DNA of 64,000 nucleotides from Ostrea edulis (Eukaryota): NCBI RefSeq assembly GCF_947568905.1, contig NC_079169.1, positions 37,014,001 to 37,078,000 of the forward strand, read 5' to 3'. Shown piece by piece: positions 37,978 to 51,625 of this stretch (position 1 is its first letter; each line of letters starts with the position of its first letter). The notes under the pieces were generated by a model. It saw only the letters and a program-made list of their open reading frames with translations, ran no database searches and was not told where the DNA came from. The position numbers and the translations under genes were made by a program.

Positions 37978-39535
37978 GCTAATTTAAAATTTCGAATTTC
38001 AATAAACAGGAAAATTAAATTACTTTTATTTATTCCGTGTATCTATTTTACTTTTCAGATATTTTAAATGTATATCTTTTAGTCGACTTTTTACGAAATA
38101 TCCTAATGATATTGACCATCATTAAAGTCTTTTGAGAAGCATATTGTATTTACTATATGCAATTCAAAGTTTTCAGCGTGTAAATCCAACTTCAACATCT
38201 CAACAACAAAAATATTCGTTTATTTTATGAATATCGTCGAAGATTCAGATCGATGAAATCCGGAAACAGGAGGGGGGAATTCTATACCAGGGCGTGACCC
38301 GCCTTTGGTCTTTCAAACATCATACGCCTACAACTGTATTGCTACAAATTACATATATATTCTATCTTTGGTTTTCATCAAATGGATGAAATATATCTTT
38401 CTATGATTTTTCTTCTTCTAAATTTCATAAACAAACCTTTCAAAAATCTTCTTAACGTTGGTCTATGTCACTTAAAGGATTTACAATAATTTGGTGAATA
38501 AAATATAAGTTTGTATTGAGTCAAACATATTGATGATTCAGATGATATTGTCTACAGACACTATAAATAAGTCGAGATAAGTTATGACGTGTTATAATCA
38601 GTATACAGACGCCATAACTTAATTACAAAAAACAAGAGCCTGCGGTTGTAAATGTATAATTTTTTAAATACACAACATAACTTTGTGCGTACTAGAAGTT
38701 CTGTACAATAATACAGTCATAATCAGCATTGGAAATGAACATGTATTTTGCATCGGGATTGGAAAGCAGGAAATTTCATAATCTGTTGTTGGCGCCAAAA
38801 ACTTTAAAGGTTGGTGGTTTGTATTTTAAAACATAACAATGATGATAAAGATTTTGGGTTGATTTGCGTGGAAATCTTTCTTGGATTGTTTTCTTACTTA
38901 CCACTTAAAGCTTAATGGACAGTAAAATTTAATTTCGAATTTGCATGGAACAGTGCAGTCAACAGAACAGGATCAAGCTCAAGCTGGGTCAGGGTTATCG
39001 GCGTAATTCACTATTTTCCTATAACTTCAGTTTACTTATGGTAATTTTTCCGAGTTAAAAAAACCCAAAACAATACATTAGACGCATTTTCATTCTGTTT
39101 TATTTATTGCCCCATGCACAACGGTACAAAACTGTCGAGGCATTCAAGACCGCCCTCGAAACTAGGTTTCACCGAAGAACCTCAGTTTTGCCTCAGCATA
39201 CTTCATGTACTTTATTATCTCCTTAACAGGCAATAATAAGATATGCCTGTAAATAAAGCCTAAAGGGTGTATTTAAAACAACAGTATATCTTTATTCGGC
39301 AACGCACTGCAGGGAAAGTAGCAAGCTCTACCCAGACTTATCGTTCCTTACACTCACATATATCTCACATACATTGACAAGCAATGTTATTCCACATGTA
39401 AATCCACTTTATTACGGCTAATAAAACTAAGAACAACTTTATAAAATATCGGGAAAATGTAGGACAAGCAACTATATGTTTTCATGATTATAATGTTTAT
39501 CATCATGTTCATGTAGGACCCATACCTACTGCAAA

Positions 39536-39802
39536 ATGGTGAAGATGAGACGAACGTCATCAAACCTAGTCCTTTTTATGGCTTTGTTTCTGGTTTGTTC
39601 ACTGAGTGCTAAGGCCTGTGTGGTAGACCATTCCTCGTTTGGTGGCTGTAAAGACGTGGGTGGACACTGTAAAACAGCGGCGGGCGAGTGTTACGTGGTC
39701 CCTACTCTATATTACGGAGCCCAGTGCTGCTGCTCTGTCGACGAGACATGCCCTTGGATTCAACCAGATTCAAGCATTGTTCAGAAGAACAACGATCTTT
39801 AA
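39536..39802 (+). CDS. Orphan secreted cysteine-rich peptide (88 aa; predicted 27-aa signal peptide, 61-aa mature peptide with 8 Cys)
   Basis: gcaaaATGG start context; basic n-region, hydrophobic LVLFMALFLVC core and an A-K-A cleavage site. Cys spacing is C-X9-C-X6-C-X6-C-X11-CCC-X5-C. The ORF is visibly GC-richer than its flanks. A possible acceptor (catgtag) lies at ~39516 and an AATAAA at ~40009. Confidence 0.8.
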   Translation: MVKMRRTSSNLVLFMALFLVCSLSAKACVVDHSSFGGCKDVGGHCKTAAGECYVVPTLYYGAQCCCSVDETCPWIQPDSSIVQKNNDL

Positions 39803-40302
39803 ACTTTCGAAGACAATCTTTTTCAATGTACATAATTGATATAAGAATATTTGATTATCGGACAACGACTCTTCGTTATCAAATAGTTGTATGATTTAAC
39901 TTCCACCTTTGAACATTCAACAATCAACATCATAGATTGTGATTTTCCAGTCTAACCTTTTCCATGTTTGTTTATCTAAAAAGATATTTATGTTATACAT
40001 AGATAAAAAATAAACCATTAATTTAAAATATTGTGTAAAACTTTGAAATGTCACATTAGTACAGTTAAATTGCATTGATATCCTCAGAAAATCGCACTCC
40101 TTTCTCCAGTTTCGAAACTTAAAAGATGTCTCCTTCGTAAAGTATGTAAATGTATACGTGTCTGTGTTATGCCAATTCAATAATGAATGAAAATAGTCGT
40201 ATGAATAATATGCTTTCAATAACGAAAGCTTAGGCGGATGATCCAGAAAACTTTTACCAAGTTTGTACCCAAAGGGGGGATGGTGAAAGTTGAAAACCAC
40301 TA

Positions 40303-40305
40303 AAT

Positions 40306-40337
<32 letters not shown>

Positions 40338-40400
40338 AAACCACTAAATCACACACATACACACGCACAAAACCACTAAATCACACACATACACACGCAC
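40303..40400. repeat. (CA)n microsatellite within a 3x repeated aaaaccactaaatc(ac)n unit
   Basis: Direct reading of the sequence. Confidence 0.9.
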
Positions 40401-40525
40401 TTGATCTTTTTTGTGTGAAAGCAATACTAGTTGTCATTTTGCTGTTGGAAATTTTTGTTGTAAAATTGTGATTTACTATTTCAATGACAGAAAATATATA
40501 TAAAAAAAAAAAAAAAAGGTTTATA

Positions 40526-40612
40526 CCAATCTAATTAAAATTAGATGTTAGATCCTCTCACATACTCGCTATACAAGTATAGCGAGTATGTGAGGGGATC
40601 TAATTTCTAATT
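40526..40612. mobile_element. Internally collapsed copy of the 14740 foldback MITE
   Basis: caatctaattaaaattagatgttagatcc...catactcgctatac|aa|gtatagcgagtatg...ggatctaatttctaatta. Confidence 0.7.
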
Positions 40613-41254
40613 ATTATTATTTTATTCATTTATAAAGCGCAAAATTGCATATAGTTTCTATGCGATTGAGTTTATAAACTTTTAATGTTATAAATAATAT
40701 ATTTGCGTTATAAAACCTACTCACAGGCTCTGCAGGAAGCAAAATTACACCATTGCCTTTCCATATAAAATTGATTTCTATATACAATGCTATATATTCA
40801 ATAAAACCGAAATTTTAGTATTTTGATAAAATCTTAAAACTTTATAGTTTTAATTTTATCAATGATTTTGGTTAAAGGTACTTGCAAAATTATCAAAATA
40901 GCACATTTTTACAACAAAATAAATTTGAGGATCAGAGCTACTCCCCCCCCCCCCTTTCTCTCTCTTGCTCTCTGGATCCGACACTGCTGTTTAAGTACGT
41001 ATTGTATTTGTTATCATTTACATATATATTATGTATGTATAACGCATACGCTTGCATGATGAAAAACGTGTGTTTTGAAAGATATGGAATCATATTTAAA
41101 AAGGGGAAATAATTGTAGGGACACAGAATTATTGAAAATGACCCCTCCCCCCACAAAAAAAAAACCCAAAAAATTTCCCTCTGCGAACCTCTAATTCGAC
41201 TTTTAAAGGGGGTATACCGGAAGAGCCAAAGGTAAATCCCAAAAAAAGTTAAAC

Positions 41255-42972
41255 ATGGCGGTAGATATTTTGCGGGAGAGGCATCCCGTTGGAAATTTCG
41301 AAGTGACAAGAGATGGAAGAATTTTCTTTATTGAGTGAGTATTTTTTATATTGAAATTAGTATGAGTACTCTCAAAACATGAACCATTAACAAAATGCAG
41401 TCACAATATATATATATATACCTGGAGCAAAGCGCACCTTGTTATGATGGGAATTACTGAATGCTAAGATAATTTTCTCTCTCTCTAGTTTTCCTTATTT
41501 ATTTTTTTGCTCTATAGTGACAGAACACGAACTACATCTTGGCTTCATCCATTAAAACAATATCCCATCCAAACGGGACATAGAGGCGGCTCAGGTAAGA
41601 CATACACGACATTGTTTACAAAGGGGAACAACTCGTACCAGCTTTACATTCACTATGCCACAAAACACCTGTCGTGTGTTATATTTCATCTACATCTACA
41701 ACTACAAGTTTTAACCTTGTTTTGTGATTGTTATCAAACAGATGTTTTAATGAAAGGCTTTATGCTTCATAAAATCTGGAACACAATATCAGATTCCATA
41801 TACATTTTTAAGGGAGTACAGAAGTCTGGAGTTATTTTGTTTTGGTTGTACTTGGTTTTTGTTTTTTCTGGGGTGTTATTTTCATTTTTAGCTCACCTGA
41901 ACCGAAGGTTCAAGTGAGCTTTTCTGATCAAAATGTGTCCGTTGTCTGTCGTTGTTGTTGTCGTTGTAAACTTTTCACAATTTTATCTTCTTCTTCAGAA
42001 CTACTGGGCCAATTTCAACCAAACTTGGCCAAAAGCATCCTTGGGTGAAGGGCTTTCAAGTTTGTTCAAATGAAAGGCCATGTCCCTTTCAAAGGGGAGA
42101 TAATCACAAAAATGCAAAAATAGGGTGGGGTCATTTAAAAATCTTCTTCTCAAGAACCACTGGGTCAGAAGAGCTGAAATTTACCTGAAAGCTTCCTGAC
42201 ATAGTGCAGATTCAAGTTTGTCCAAATCATGGCCCCCGGGGGTAAGATGGGGCCACAAGGGGGGATCAAAGTTTTACATACAAATATATAGGGAAAAACT
42301 TTAAAAATCTTCTTCTCAAGAACCACTATGCCAGAAAAGCTGAGATTTACATGAAAGCTTCCTGACATAATGCAGATTCAAGTTTGTTCAAATCATGGGC
42401 CCTGGGGGTTGGATGGGGCCACAATAGGGGATCAAAGTTTTACATAAAAATATATAGGAAAAATCTTCTTCTCAAGAACCACTGAGCCAGAAAAGCTGAT
42501 TTTTACATGAAAGCTTTCTGACATAGTGCAGATTCAAGTTTGTTCAAATCATGGCCTCCGGGGGTAGGATGGGGCCACAAGGGGGATCAAAGTTTTAACA
42601 TACAAATATATAGTTAAAATCTTCTTCTCAATAACCAATGAGTCAGAAAAGCTGATATTTACAAGAAAACTTTCTGACATAGTGCAGATTCAAGTTTGTT
42701 CAAATCATGGCCCCCGGGGGGTAGGATGGGGCCACAAGTGGGGGGGTTGGTTCAAAGTTTTACATACAAATATAGGGAAAATCTGTAAAAATCTTCTTCT
42801 CAAGAACCATTGGGCCAAAGAAGTTGACATTTACATGAAAGCTTTCTGACGTAGTGTAGATTCAAGTTTGCAAAAATCATGGCTTCCAGGGGTAGTTGGG
42901 GCCATAATAAGGACTAAGGTTTTACATGCAAATATATATGGAAAGTCTTCAGATATGGGCCAAGGTGCCTCG

Positions 42973-43003
<31 letters not shown>

Positions 43004-46000
43004 GTGTTTAACAGCTGTAATCTTGGAAGTACAGTAGTGGTGATCAAAATGTCTCGTAAATATTGGGTTAGGAAAATTTCATACATTTTATCATGTTTCG
43101 GTACATGTAGTAATCAGTTGTAGAATTCAAAGGTTCATCATTTCATTGAATAGGACAATGATCACATATTTCCATTGTTGTAATATGTTAGATAGTATAT
43201 TCCTACCAGAGTAATATTAGGAAATCCTGGGAAATGGTTTCTTTTCACAGAACAGCAGAAAATCACATTAATTATACCAGGAAGTATATACAAGACTACT
43301 TGTTATAAGTAAAGTTTATCAAAATATGCATTAATATTAGGCAAAGTAAGGGTTGTGCTGACTGCTTGTAAGAATTTTACAGAGTTCTCAACACTATTGC
43401 TGCAGAACTGTAGCTCTCTCATGAAAAAAAAATGTGATAGATCAGAAAGCTATAGATCCACCCCTTTTAAAAACATACAGCTTAACTTTATCTGCATATG
43501 ATTCAGGTGTTATTTCTTCATAGCTTTATTAAATCATGCCTCAGAATTTTGATATCAAAGAACCAACATTTCTTCGCTACTTTTATTTCATGATAAGACA
43601 TATATACCTTCAAACGTTAACTGATCAAGTTTTCAGGTTCTAATGAATGTTTGGCAGTATTTCTTGAGGTGTCAACTAATCACATCTAAGTATTTTATGC
43701 CAGAAATCAGAGTTGAACAACTTCCATGGAGATTATAGAAAATCTTCAACTTTGTGATTCATTCAGGGTTTGGCATTTACTTTTTTGAGCACTAGACCAG
43801 TCGGACTGCTTCAAATGATTTTTACTAGTCGATCCACTAGCACTGATCAACTTTCCAGAAAAAACTGATAGTAGTTTCTCCATATATTTTTTAAAATACT
43901 TAATTCAAATGACAAACGTTAAGTTTGAACTAAAACGTATTTAATTGTCTCAAAAAAATCTTTAGTCTCGTCATTCAATTTGATGTTTTTATTTCAAACA
44001 CATTTTCTGTTTCTTTAAATTCTACCCGGCACAGAAATTCTTTAGTCCATTTGAAATAAAATGACCGACCGTTTTTTGTTTTTTTTAAATTTCTATTTCA
44101 TAAGCCCTGATTTGTTTCTGCCCAACCTTTTCCTGTTTTCTCTTGGGACATCTCTCCTTGAGGATGAGAAGTCATATTTGAATAGAGAGACATTCCTGCA
44201 CATATGCCAACACAGAAAAATGACTGTTTAGGACATAATTTATTAATTTGATAAATATTTCTTATATTTAATTCAAATAAACTGTTGGGTTTTTTTTTAA
44301 ATGAAAATTTATATCTATTTATCTGAAACATGACTTTACACACATTAACATCGACTAGATGTCGTAAAACATCACTTCTGACTGCGACTTACTTACTAAA
44401 ACTTAAAATTAATAAGATTGTCATCACACGATTCAAAATTGCTCGCAAACTTTTTACAGTTTTTTTTAGTTAAAAATAAAATATCTTGTGGTTTTAAGTT
44501 AAATTAAATTTTTTCAACATGACCAATCGGATTAGTAAATCGACATTTTACCCGACCAGACCTATCATCTAGATAATAGACTCGGTCAGTCGGATGTGCC
44601 TTAGTGTCAAACCCTGTTCATTAAATCAGTTTGATTTTTAATTCTTTGTTTACGGCTATCTCAACATGGACATGATGGAATTACTGAATTTCACATTTAA
44701 ATTAAAAACTTTTCAAACTTTAAGGCCAGAAATGGTTATTTTTAACCCTAGTCTGTCATCCAAGAGACAGTCTAACAGCATGATTTAAAAATGTATGAAA
44801 GGGATTTTGGAAAGATTACAAAGTTCCAGCACAAATGTATGGAGATTTTGACACCTTTTTCTTTGCTGTTATGATGTGCTCTGAAGGCTTTTCTGGTTTG
44901 TTTGTAAACATCTGATACCTGGGGACAAGCTAGAATCAGTGTGTACGACCTGCTATGTAACATGAACGAAGGTTACATAATTCAGAGTATTTACATAGGG
45001 AACATACCATTAAGTTGAATATATTCTGCTGATCAACCATGGTACCCTGTGGGATTATTAAATCGAAATCAGATCTACAATACATGCAGTTTTATGTTGT
45101 AAAAGGAGAAGGTACCCCAACACTGGTGTGTCAGAAAGCACTGACCTTGTTTGTTGCTGAAAATCAATTACTTGGATTGGGATCTTAATAAACTCAGTAT
45201 GTGCATATTGGTTTTAAAAATCACCAGAGTTTAATGAATTGTGATTAAATTATAAAATTCTCTTGTTCCAGCAATTTGTTGCAATGGTTGTATTTTACTT
45301 AAGTAGCAATTTAAGCTACAGACATGGCAGCCATGGTATCTATGTCCTGTCATATTTACATGGGCACCTGAGGTGATATTGACAGATTTGAGATAGAACA
45401 GGTAAGAAAAGAGATGTTCAAATTTGATTAGTTTGTGTTAGACATGGAAAGTTTGTTATTTCCCATAGTTATAGTGCTTGGGTAAGTGTGGCGTCTGCTC
45501 CGAGTCAGTCACATATAATTACCAACCAGGTATTGAGGATCAAGTTGTTGATTTTGTTTACTTTATGTTTTATGGCTCACTTGGTAAAAGTTTACAGGTG
45601 GACAGTCATTTTGAAGTCCTGACTAATCGTCTCACTCTGATCAGTTCTTATCTGTTTCCTTTGTCACACCTTTTGTTGAAAACAAAAACAAATGTATACC
45701 TCAGGAGAAGGTTTCAACAGTGGAAAAAAAAACACACAAGGGAATTAAGAAGACTAAAGGCTTACGTATGAAGTTATGTATTTGTTCTGAGTGGCCGTCA
45801 ACATTCCAGCATATTTTGCATAAAACATATCTCCCATGTTGAAGGAAAGGTGACATTTATGCAGATGAATTTCACAACTGTGCGTTGGATACCGGTATAT
45901 CTATTTTATATCGAGGTTTAAAGATAGCCCATATTCACCATCTGTGGTTGTGATTTTACCTCTCAAATCCCTCAAATGGTTTGTCATTCTTAAAAGGAAA

Positions 46001-49000
46001 TTTTATTACATTATTTTACTGGTGAGTGCTTGTTTGGTGATAGTTATTTTAGATAATGTGCATTATTTTATACCTCAGACTATTTCAAATAATGTGCATT
46101 AATTTATACCTCAGACATATATTGCTGGCACAAGGTAGACAGTGTCGATGAATGTCACTTTTAGCATATATATATATATATACTGCAGAAGTAAGAACCC
46201 AATGAATTTAATAGGTTCTGATTTCTCATAATAGTGTGTTGGTATGTTTATACCTGAATGTAACTTCCAATTCTGATTAATGTGGTTCAAATGAAGACAC
46301 CCCTGGTAAAAGGTTTCAAAAATCTGTAGGAGAGATTGAATGCTAATTTATGTCCATACCTGAGAGAACAGTGGGCATTTTAGCACTCTGAAGACATGAA
46401 AACCCTGAATTCTTTTTAACGACTCTAAATAGCCCTTGATGTACTGAGGCTCATTAAATGAACAAGATGGCCAAAACAATTCAATTTAGAATACATCCAG
46501 GACATGGTGGTTCAATTGACAAACTGTGTATCCTCAGACACAGTCACTTAGACTTGCCTGTTTTGGCCTTAGGGCAAAATGCTTCACAGGAGACAGAAAA
46601 AAAAGACATTTGTGTTGGTGGGAGTATTGCATAAGACCAGAGACTTGAGGTGCGAAATGTCAAACCATGTCCATGTTAAGTTGATGCCATGCAGTCACTT
46701 GTCTGAAGGATTTATGATTACAGGATATGAGGGACAGATTAATGTAGATTTTACTGTCCTTGAGTTCGATGTTTTGATTATATATATACTAGTGTCTGTG
46801 AAATATAATTGATAATGCGAACCTTTTTTTTTTTCAATCTTCAATCAAATTGAAAGTCCAAATTTAAATATTTTCCTACATGAGTGATCAAAGGAACTTT
46901 CTCCTGTTCAAGATCTGCCAATGTTTGTAACAATTGGAGAGAACAATGTCATGCAGGAAATGATTTGATTACAACTTGTTTGTGTGTGATTTATTGGAGA
47001 ACGTCTACAGATTGGAAGGTGGTTATGAGGTTTGTGCAATGAAGACAAGTCGGAGAGCAGCAGTGATAATCTGGTCCTCCAGAGGATGGAGGCTTTACCA
47101 AAGTAAGCCTCAATTCTATTGGTCGGGTGAAGTCCCAGTCTTCTGTGATTTGTACGTCTCTGTTTTTCTTGTTAGTAAGCTTTGTGAATAGTGAGGGCCC
47201 TAATGGATGGCTTCTCTGTAATGCCATATTGGGAGCTTCATGATGTTGAACCACATGCGTTGGTTGAGTGACTTTTGATATCTAAGTCTCGTGAAAATTG
47301 ATATCTCTTAGTGCTTTTATTTTATTACTTTATTGGAAGAGGATATGGTTGTCTGAGTTTTAATTTTGTGTCGCTTCCGAAGCATAGTGGACACGTACAT
47401 GTATGTTTGTAATCTAACCATCTGTCCAAGTGTCTGTCAATCCATCTGTCCGTCCGTCCATCTAACCATCTATCCTACAATTTTTAACAAGAGGTGAAAT
47501 TTTCATTCTTAGCACATTGATTTCTTGTATGATGTAAGTCATCTAGGATGAAGAGTCATTTCTGATTTGTTGATTTTTATACTGACTTTTTGTACTTAAT
47601 TGAAAATTTGATAGATAATAAATGAGTTCATTTATTATGGGTTGGTCTAAAAGTGGTACTGGATGATCCTGTGTATCCCATTCATTGTCTAGAACACTAT
47701 GTGTCCTGTCTTCTATTTGTGGTGATATTTGTTTAGCCTTTCATTTATAATGCTTGTGCTGAAAATTCATTATTTTTTAGGTCTACCTTTGTTGTTTTCA
47801 TATTTTTGTTAGGGTCGTGACTCCGATTCTTTGACATCACTTGTTAAATTACATACATATTATAACTATGGTAATGAATGGCTATATTACAGGTCTGTCC
47901 ATCACACCCTGCAATTTTTCGACTGCGAGGTGGAGTTTTTATCCTTAGCGTGGTTATGTTGTGTTTGACAATCATTAGATATAATTGTGTAGAGTCGTTG
48001 CTTATCTGTTGACTTTTTGTATTACCTGTGAAGCACAGTGATATTTAGGGATCGCTTTTTCCGTCATCTGTCTGTTTGTCCTTCCATCTGCCACACCCTA
48101 GAACTTTGAAGCTGTAAGAGAGAGAGAATTTGATTTTTAGCATGCATGTTCCTAGTCTAAAGGTCATCTAAGGAGGTACTCTACATCATCATAATGGCTG
48201 ACTTCCTTTTAAAACATGGAGGAACATATAAATATTGATCAGCAATATTTGTCTATTCATTTCAAATATCATTGTCTAGCTTAGTGGCTCAGTAGGTTAG
48301 CACGTCGACTGCTGAACTGTAGATCGCGTGTTCGAGTCCAGCAGGGTTTTAAATTTTTTCCAGATTGCTTTCTACTAAAACTGGATTTTTTTTTAACTAA
48401 ATGAAGTAAATTTGAAAGTTTTCAATTTCATATCCTCAATGTTCATATCTTCCACTTTTCATCCATATCAAATTTTGCTGGTGTAGCATACCTCCTTAAA
48501 TACAATTAAACAATGTGTCACTTGAGTAGTGGCACATACTGATGTCCTGCTCGCAGGCAACACACATACTCCTTGGAACGCTTAAGTTTGTGTTTTTTAT
48601 TACCTCATACATGGAGAGCAACTGGACTACATACTGCAGTTGCCGTATAAACAGTGCATATATGAATTCAGATAAATATAGGATGTCTATTTTAATTCTA
48701 TTAATTCTAGAGATAAGAAATAAACTTCAGTTTTGAAAACACATGAGGGTATGAACTGCAACACTTCACGTCGGCGTACTTTTCATGAAGCACTAGTATG
48801 CCAGAGTGAAGTGTCAGTTCATACCCGTCATGTATTTTCAAAAAGGAAATTTATCTTGAACTGAATTTCCAATCACTGGTAATGTTAAGTATCTTTGTTT
48901 TTGCGTATGTCAACTCTGTACCTCATTTATCTTGAAATACATACAATGCACAAACCTATTTCAATGCCAGTATATCAGTGACTGTAATGTGATATTACTT

Positions 49001-51564
49001 TCTATAATCAACAATGCAGTAAGGAAATTGTGTCACAAGAATAGGTGTTCATGTTTTGAGATAATGACAGTATTCAGTTACAGATACACATGGGTTACTA
49101 AGATTACAGAGTTTTGTTTTGTTTTTCTAAAGAGCACCATACGAGGAAATGTAAATCTAACTCATGATGTGTACCGGTACATATGAAATATTCAGCCAAT
49201 ATTTTCAAAATCTATTTTGTATAAATCCATGGTTCCCAATATATGCTTAGATTTACTATATATAAGCTTTTATTATCGCAAACATGAATCATGGGTACAC
49301 ACTTAATGATCAAGTCCTGTGAGAATTCTTGCAGTTATGAAGTGATATGAAAAATAAAAAAGTATTTGATTGATTTGACTGATGGAATTTTTGTACTGGT
49401 GCTTTGTATTGATTCCTTGTGAGTATAGATTACCCCACTTAAAGTAATACTGCCTGCAAGTTCTAATTCAGCTATCAATACTTAATGAGTCTTATAAATT
49501 TACACAAAATCATATGCACTGTGATTTAAATTTCAGGACTACCAGATGGATGGGAGCAAGCGGTGACACCAGAGGGAGCTATATACTTCATAGAGTAAGT
49601 ATTGTAGGGGCAGATAACTGCAATCCAAGTATCCCAGACTGCACTCATTCATTGTCATTTTAATACTGTTGCACCTTGGAAGGAGGTATAATGGAAACTA
49701 TTATGGAATTTCCGGAGGAAAGGTATGCAGAGTTGGCTTTTGCAGACTAATCTCCCCATCTAAGATATGTTAAAGATGAGCCAAGAATCCATAAAGTCTG
49801 CTTTTTTTGATTTTTGTTTTTTTTCTGGAGATGACAGTTTAAATTTCATGCACATCCTGAGGGTCAATTTTTATTTAAAAGCTACAGAGTTACTAGAATA
49901 ATATGTGGAAATAGATGTTTTAAGCTACAGTATTACTAGAATGCTATGTGGAAATAGATGTTTTAAGATTCTTCATTTAACAGCCATTGATCCTTGACCT
50001 TTTGTTTGTGGAGCTCTAATGAACAATACTACTCCAGTCAATAAATCGTTAAAGCAGAACAGTTATTCTGAATTGGATTTAAAATGATGATCCAATTTAC
50101 AATCCAAGGTCTGTGTCCTCTCATTGTTAAAGTGATAAATAATGGCATTGAGTGTAAAATGTAGAATTCTGCATTGTTTTAGCAGCATGTTTATTGTAAG
50201 ATCACACACTGCAAAGAGCATGAAGTAAATATTCATTAGAATTCATTGATTTTCATATCAATTATTAATTTTCCATCTAAACGGTAAACCCATATGATTT
50301 GCTTTGAGGTAAAGAAAATTATATTTATCTGTATACTATATACTTTAAACAATTTTTGCCAAAAAGGAGAAAAATTACTTCACATTCACTCTGCACCATA
50401 ATTGGAAATTGTGTATGACTAAGATCTTTTGCCTACTTCAACAAGACACAAGACACAACTTGAGCAATTCAGGAGAGAAAAATCACAGCTGCTTCAAACT
50501 TTGTCTTGAAATCAAACTGACACAATTTTTTTTAATAAAAGTTAAACAGAATCCATGTTTCAAGTGAAGAGTGCCACCTCCCAGGGAAAGAAAGGAGAGA
50601 TCATGTAATGAGAATACATCTTTATTCCCGATTAAAAACACACATTGATCAGAACCCAGACCTGTGTTTGGCTGCACTCTCAGCATGTCTATACCCCTAT
50701 TCCTGCTCAATGATCAGAACCCAGACCTGTGTTTGGCTGTACTCTCAGCATGTCTCTATACCCCTATTCCTGTTCATTGATCAGAATCCAGACCTGTGTT
50801 TGGCTGCACTCTCAGCATGTCTCTATACCCCTATTCCTGTTCATTGATCAGAACCCAGACCTGTGTTTGGCTGCACTCTCAGCATGTCTCTATACCCCTA
50901 TTCCTGTTCATTGATCAGAATCCAGACCTGTGTTTGGCTGTACTCTCAGCATGTCACACCAAATTCTAACATGACATGCAAATCCGAAAATGTAATATAT
51001 TGTATGACCTGCCCTACCTGTAATGAAAACTACATTGGACAAACCAATAAACTGAATGCCTGTGTGCACGTCCACAAGCAGCAAATTCGCGATCCAAGTA
51101 TCAGAAATTCGCCATGTTCCGAACATTTTGCCAATTGTGGTCATGGAGATTTCAACATATTTCCATTTTATAAAATGTATAATGACTGCGAATTTCCAGA
51201 GTTACAAAGGAGGAATACTTTATAAAATTGTTTAATCCCAAACTTAATAGAAAATAACTGTGTAAAATTGAAACTACATTGAACTGAACTCTGTAATTGA
51301 TCTCCAAGTATTGTCTAATATTGTGTGTATTATACCGCTACCAGTGTAATTTATTATGACGTCACAAAGGACAATTACTTACGTCGTGATATGTTGACGT
51401 TACTTAGCAATATTATTTCATTTTATAACTGTCTGAAGAGGCATTAAAGCCGAAAGCGCTAACAGTGAAATGTTATGTGTTTCTTGACTTTTATTATTAT
51501 TTTATATATATATAAAGCACTGAAGAACCAACAACATTCAGTATCCAAAACTGTCGGATCTATA

Positions 51565-51625
<61 letters not shown>

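Noticed and set aside
38562-38602. TATAAAT + TCAGT as the promoter of the cysteine-rich peptide gene
   Set aside because: Spacing (~38 nt) is too long, such motifs are common in AT-rich DNA, and there is no transcript evidence.
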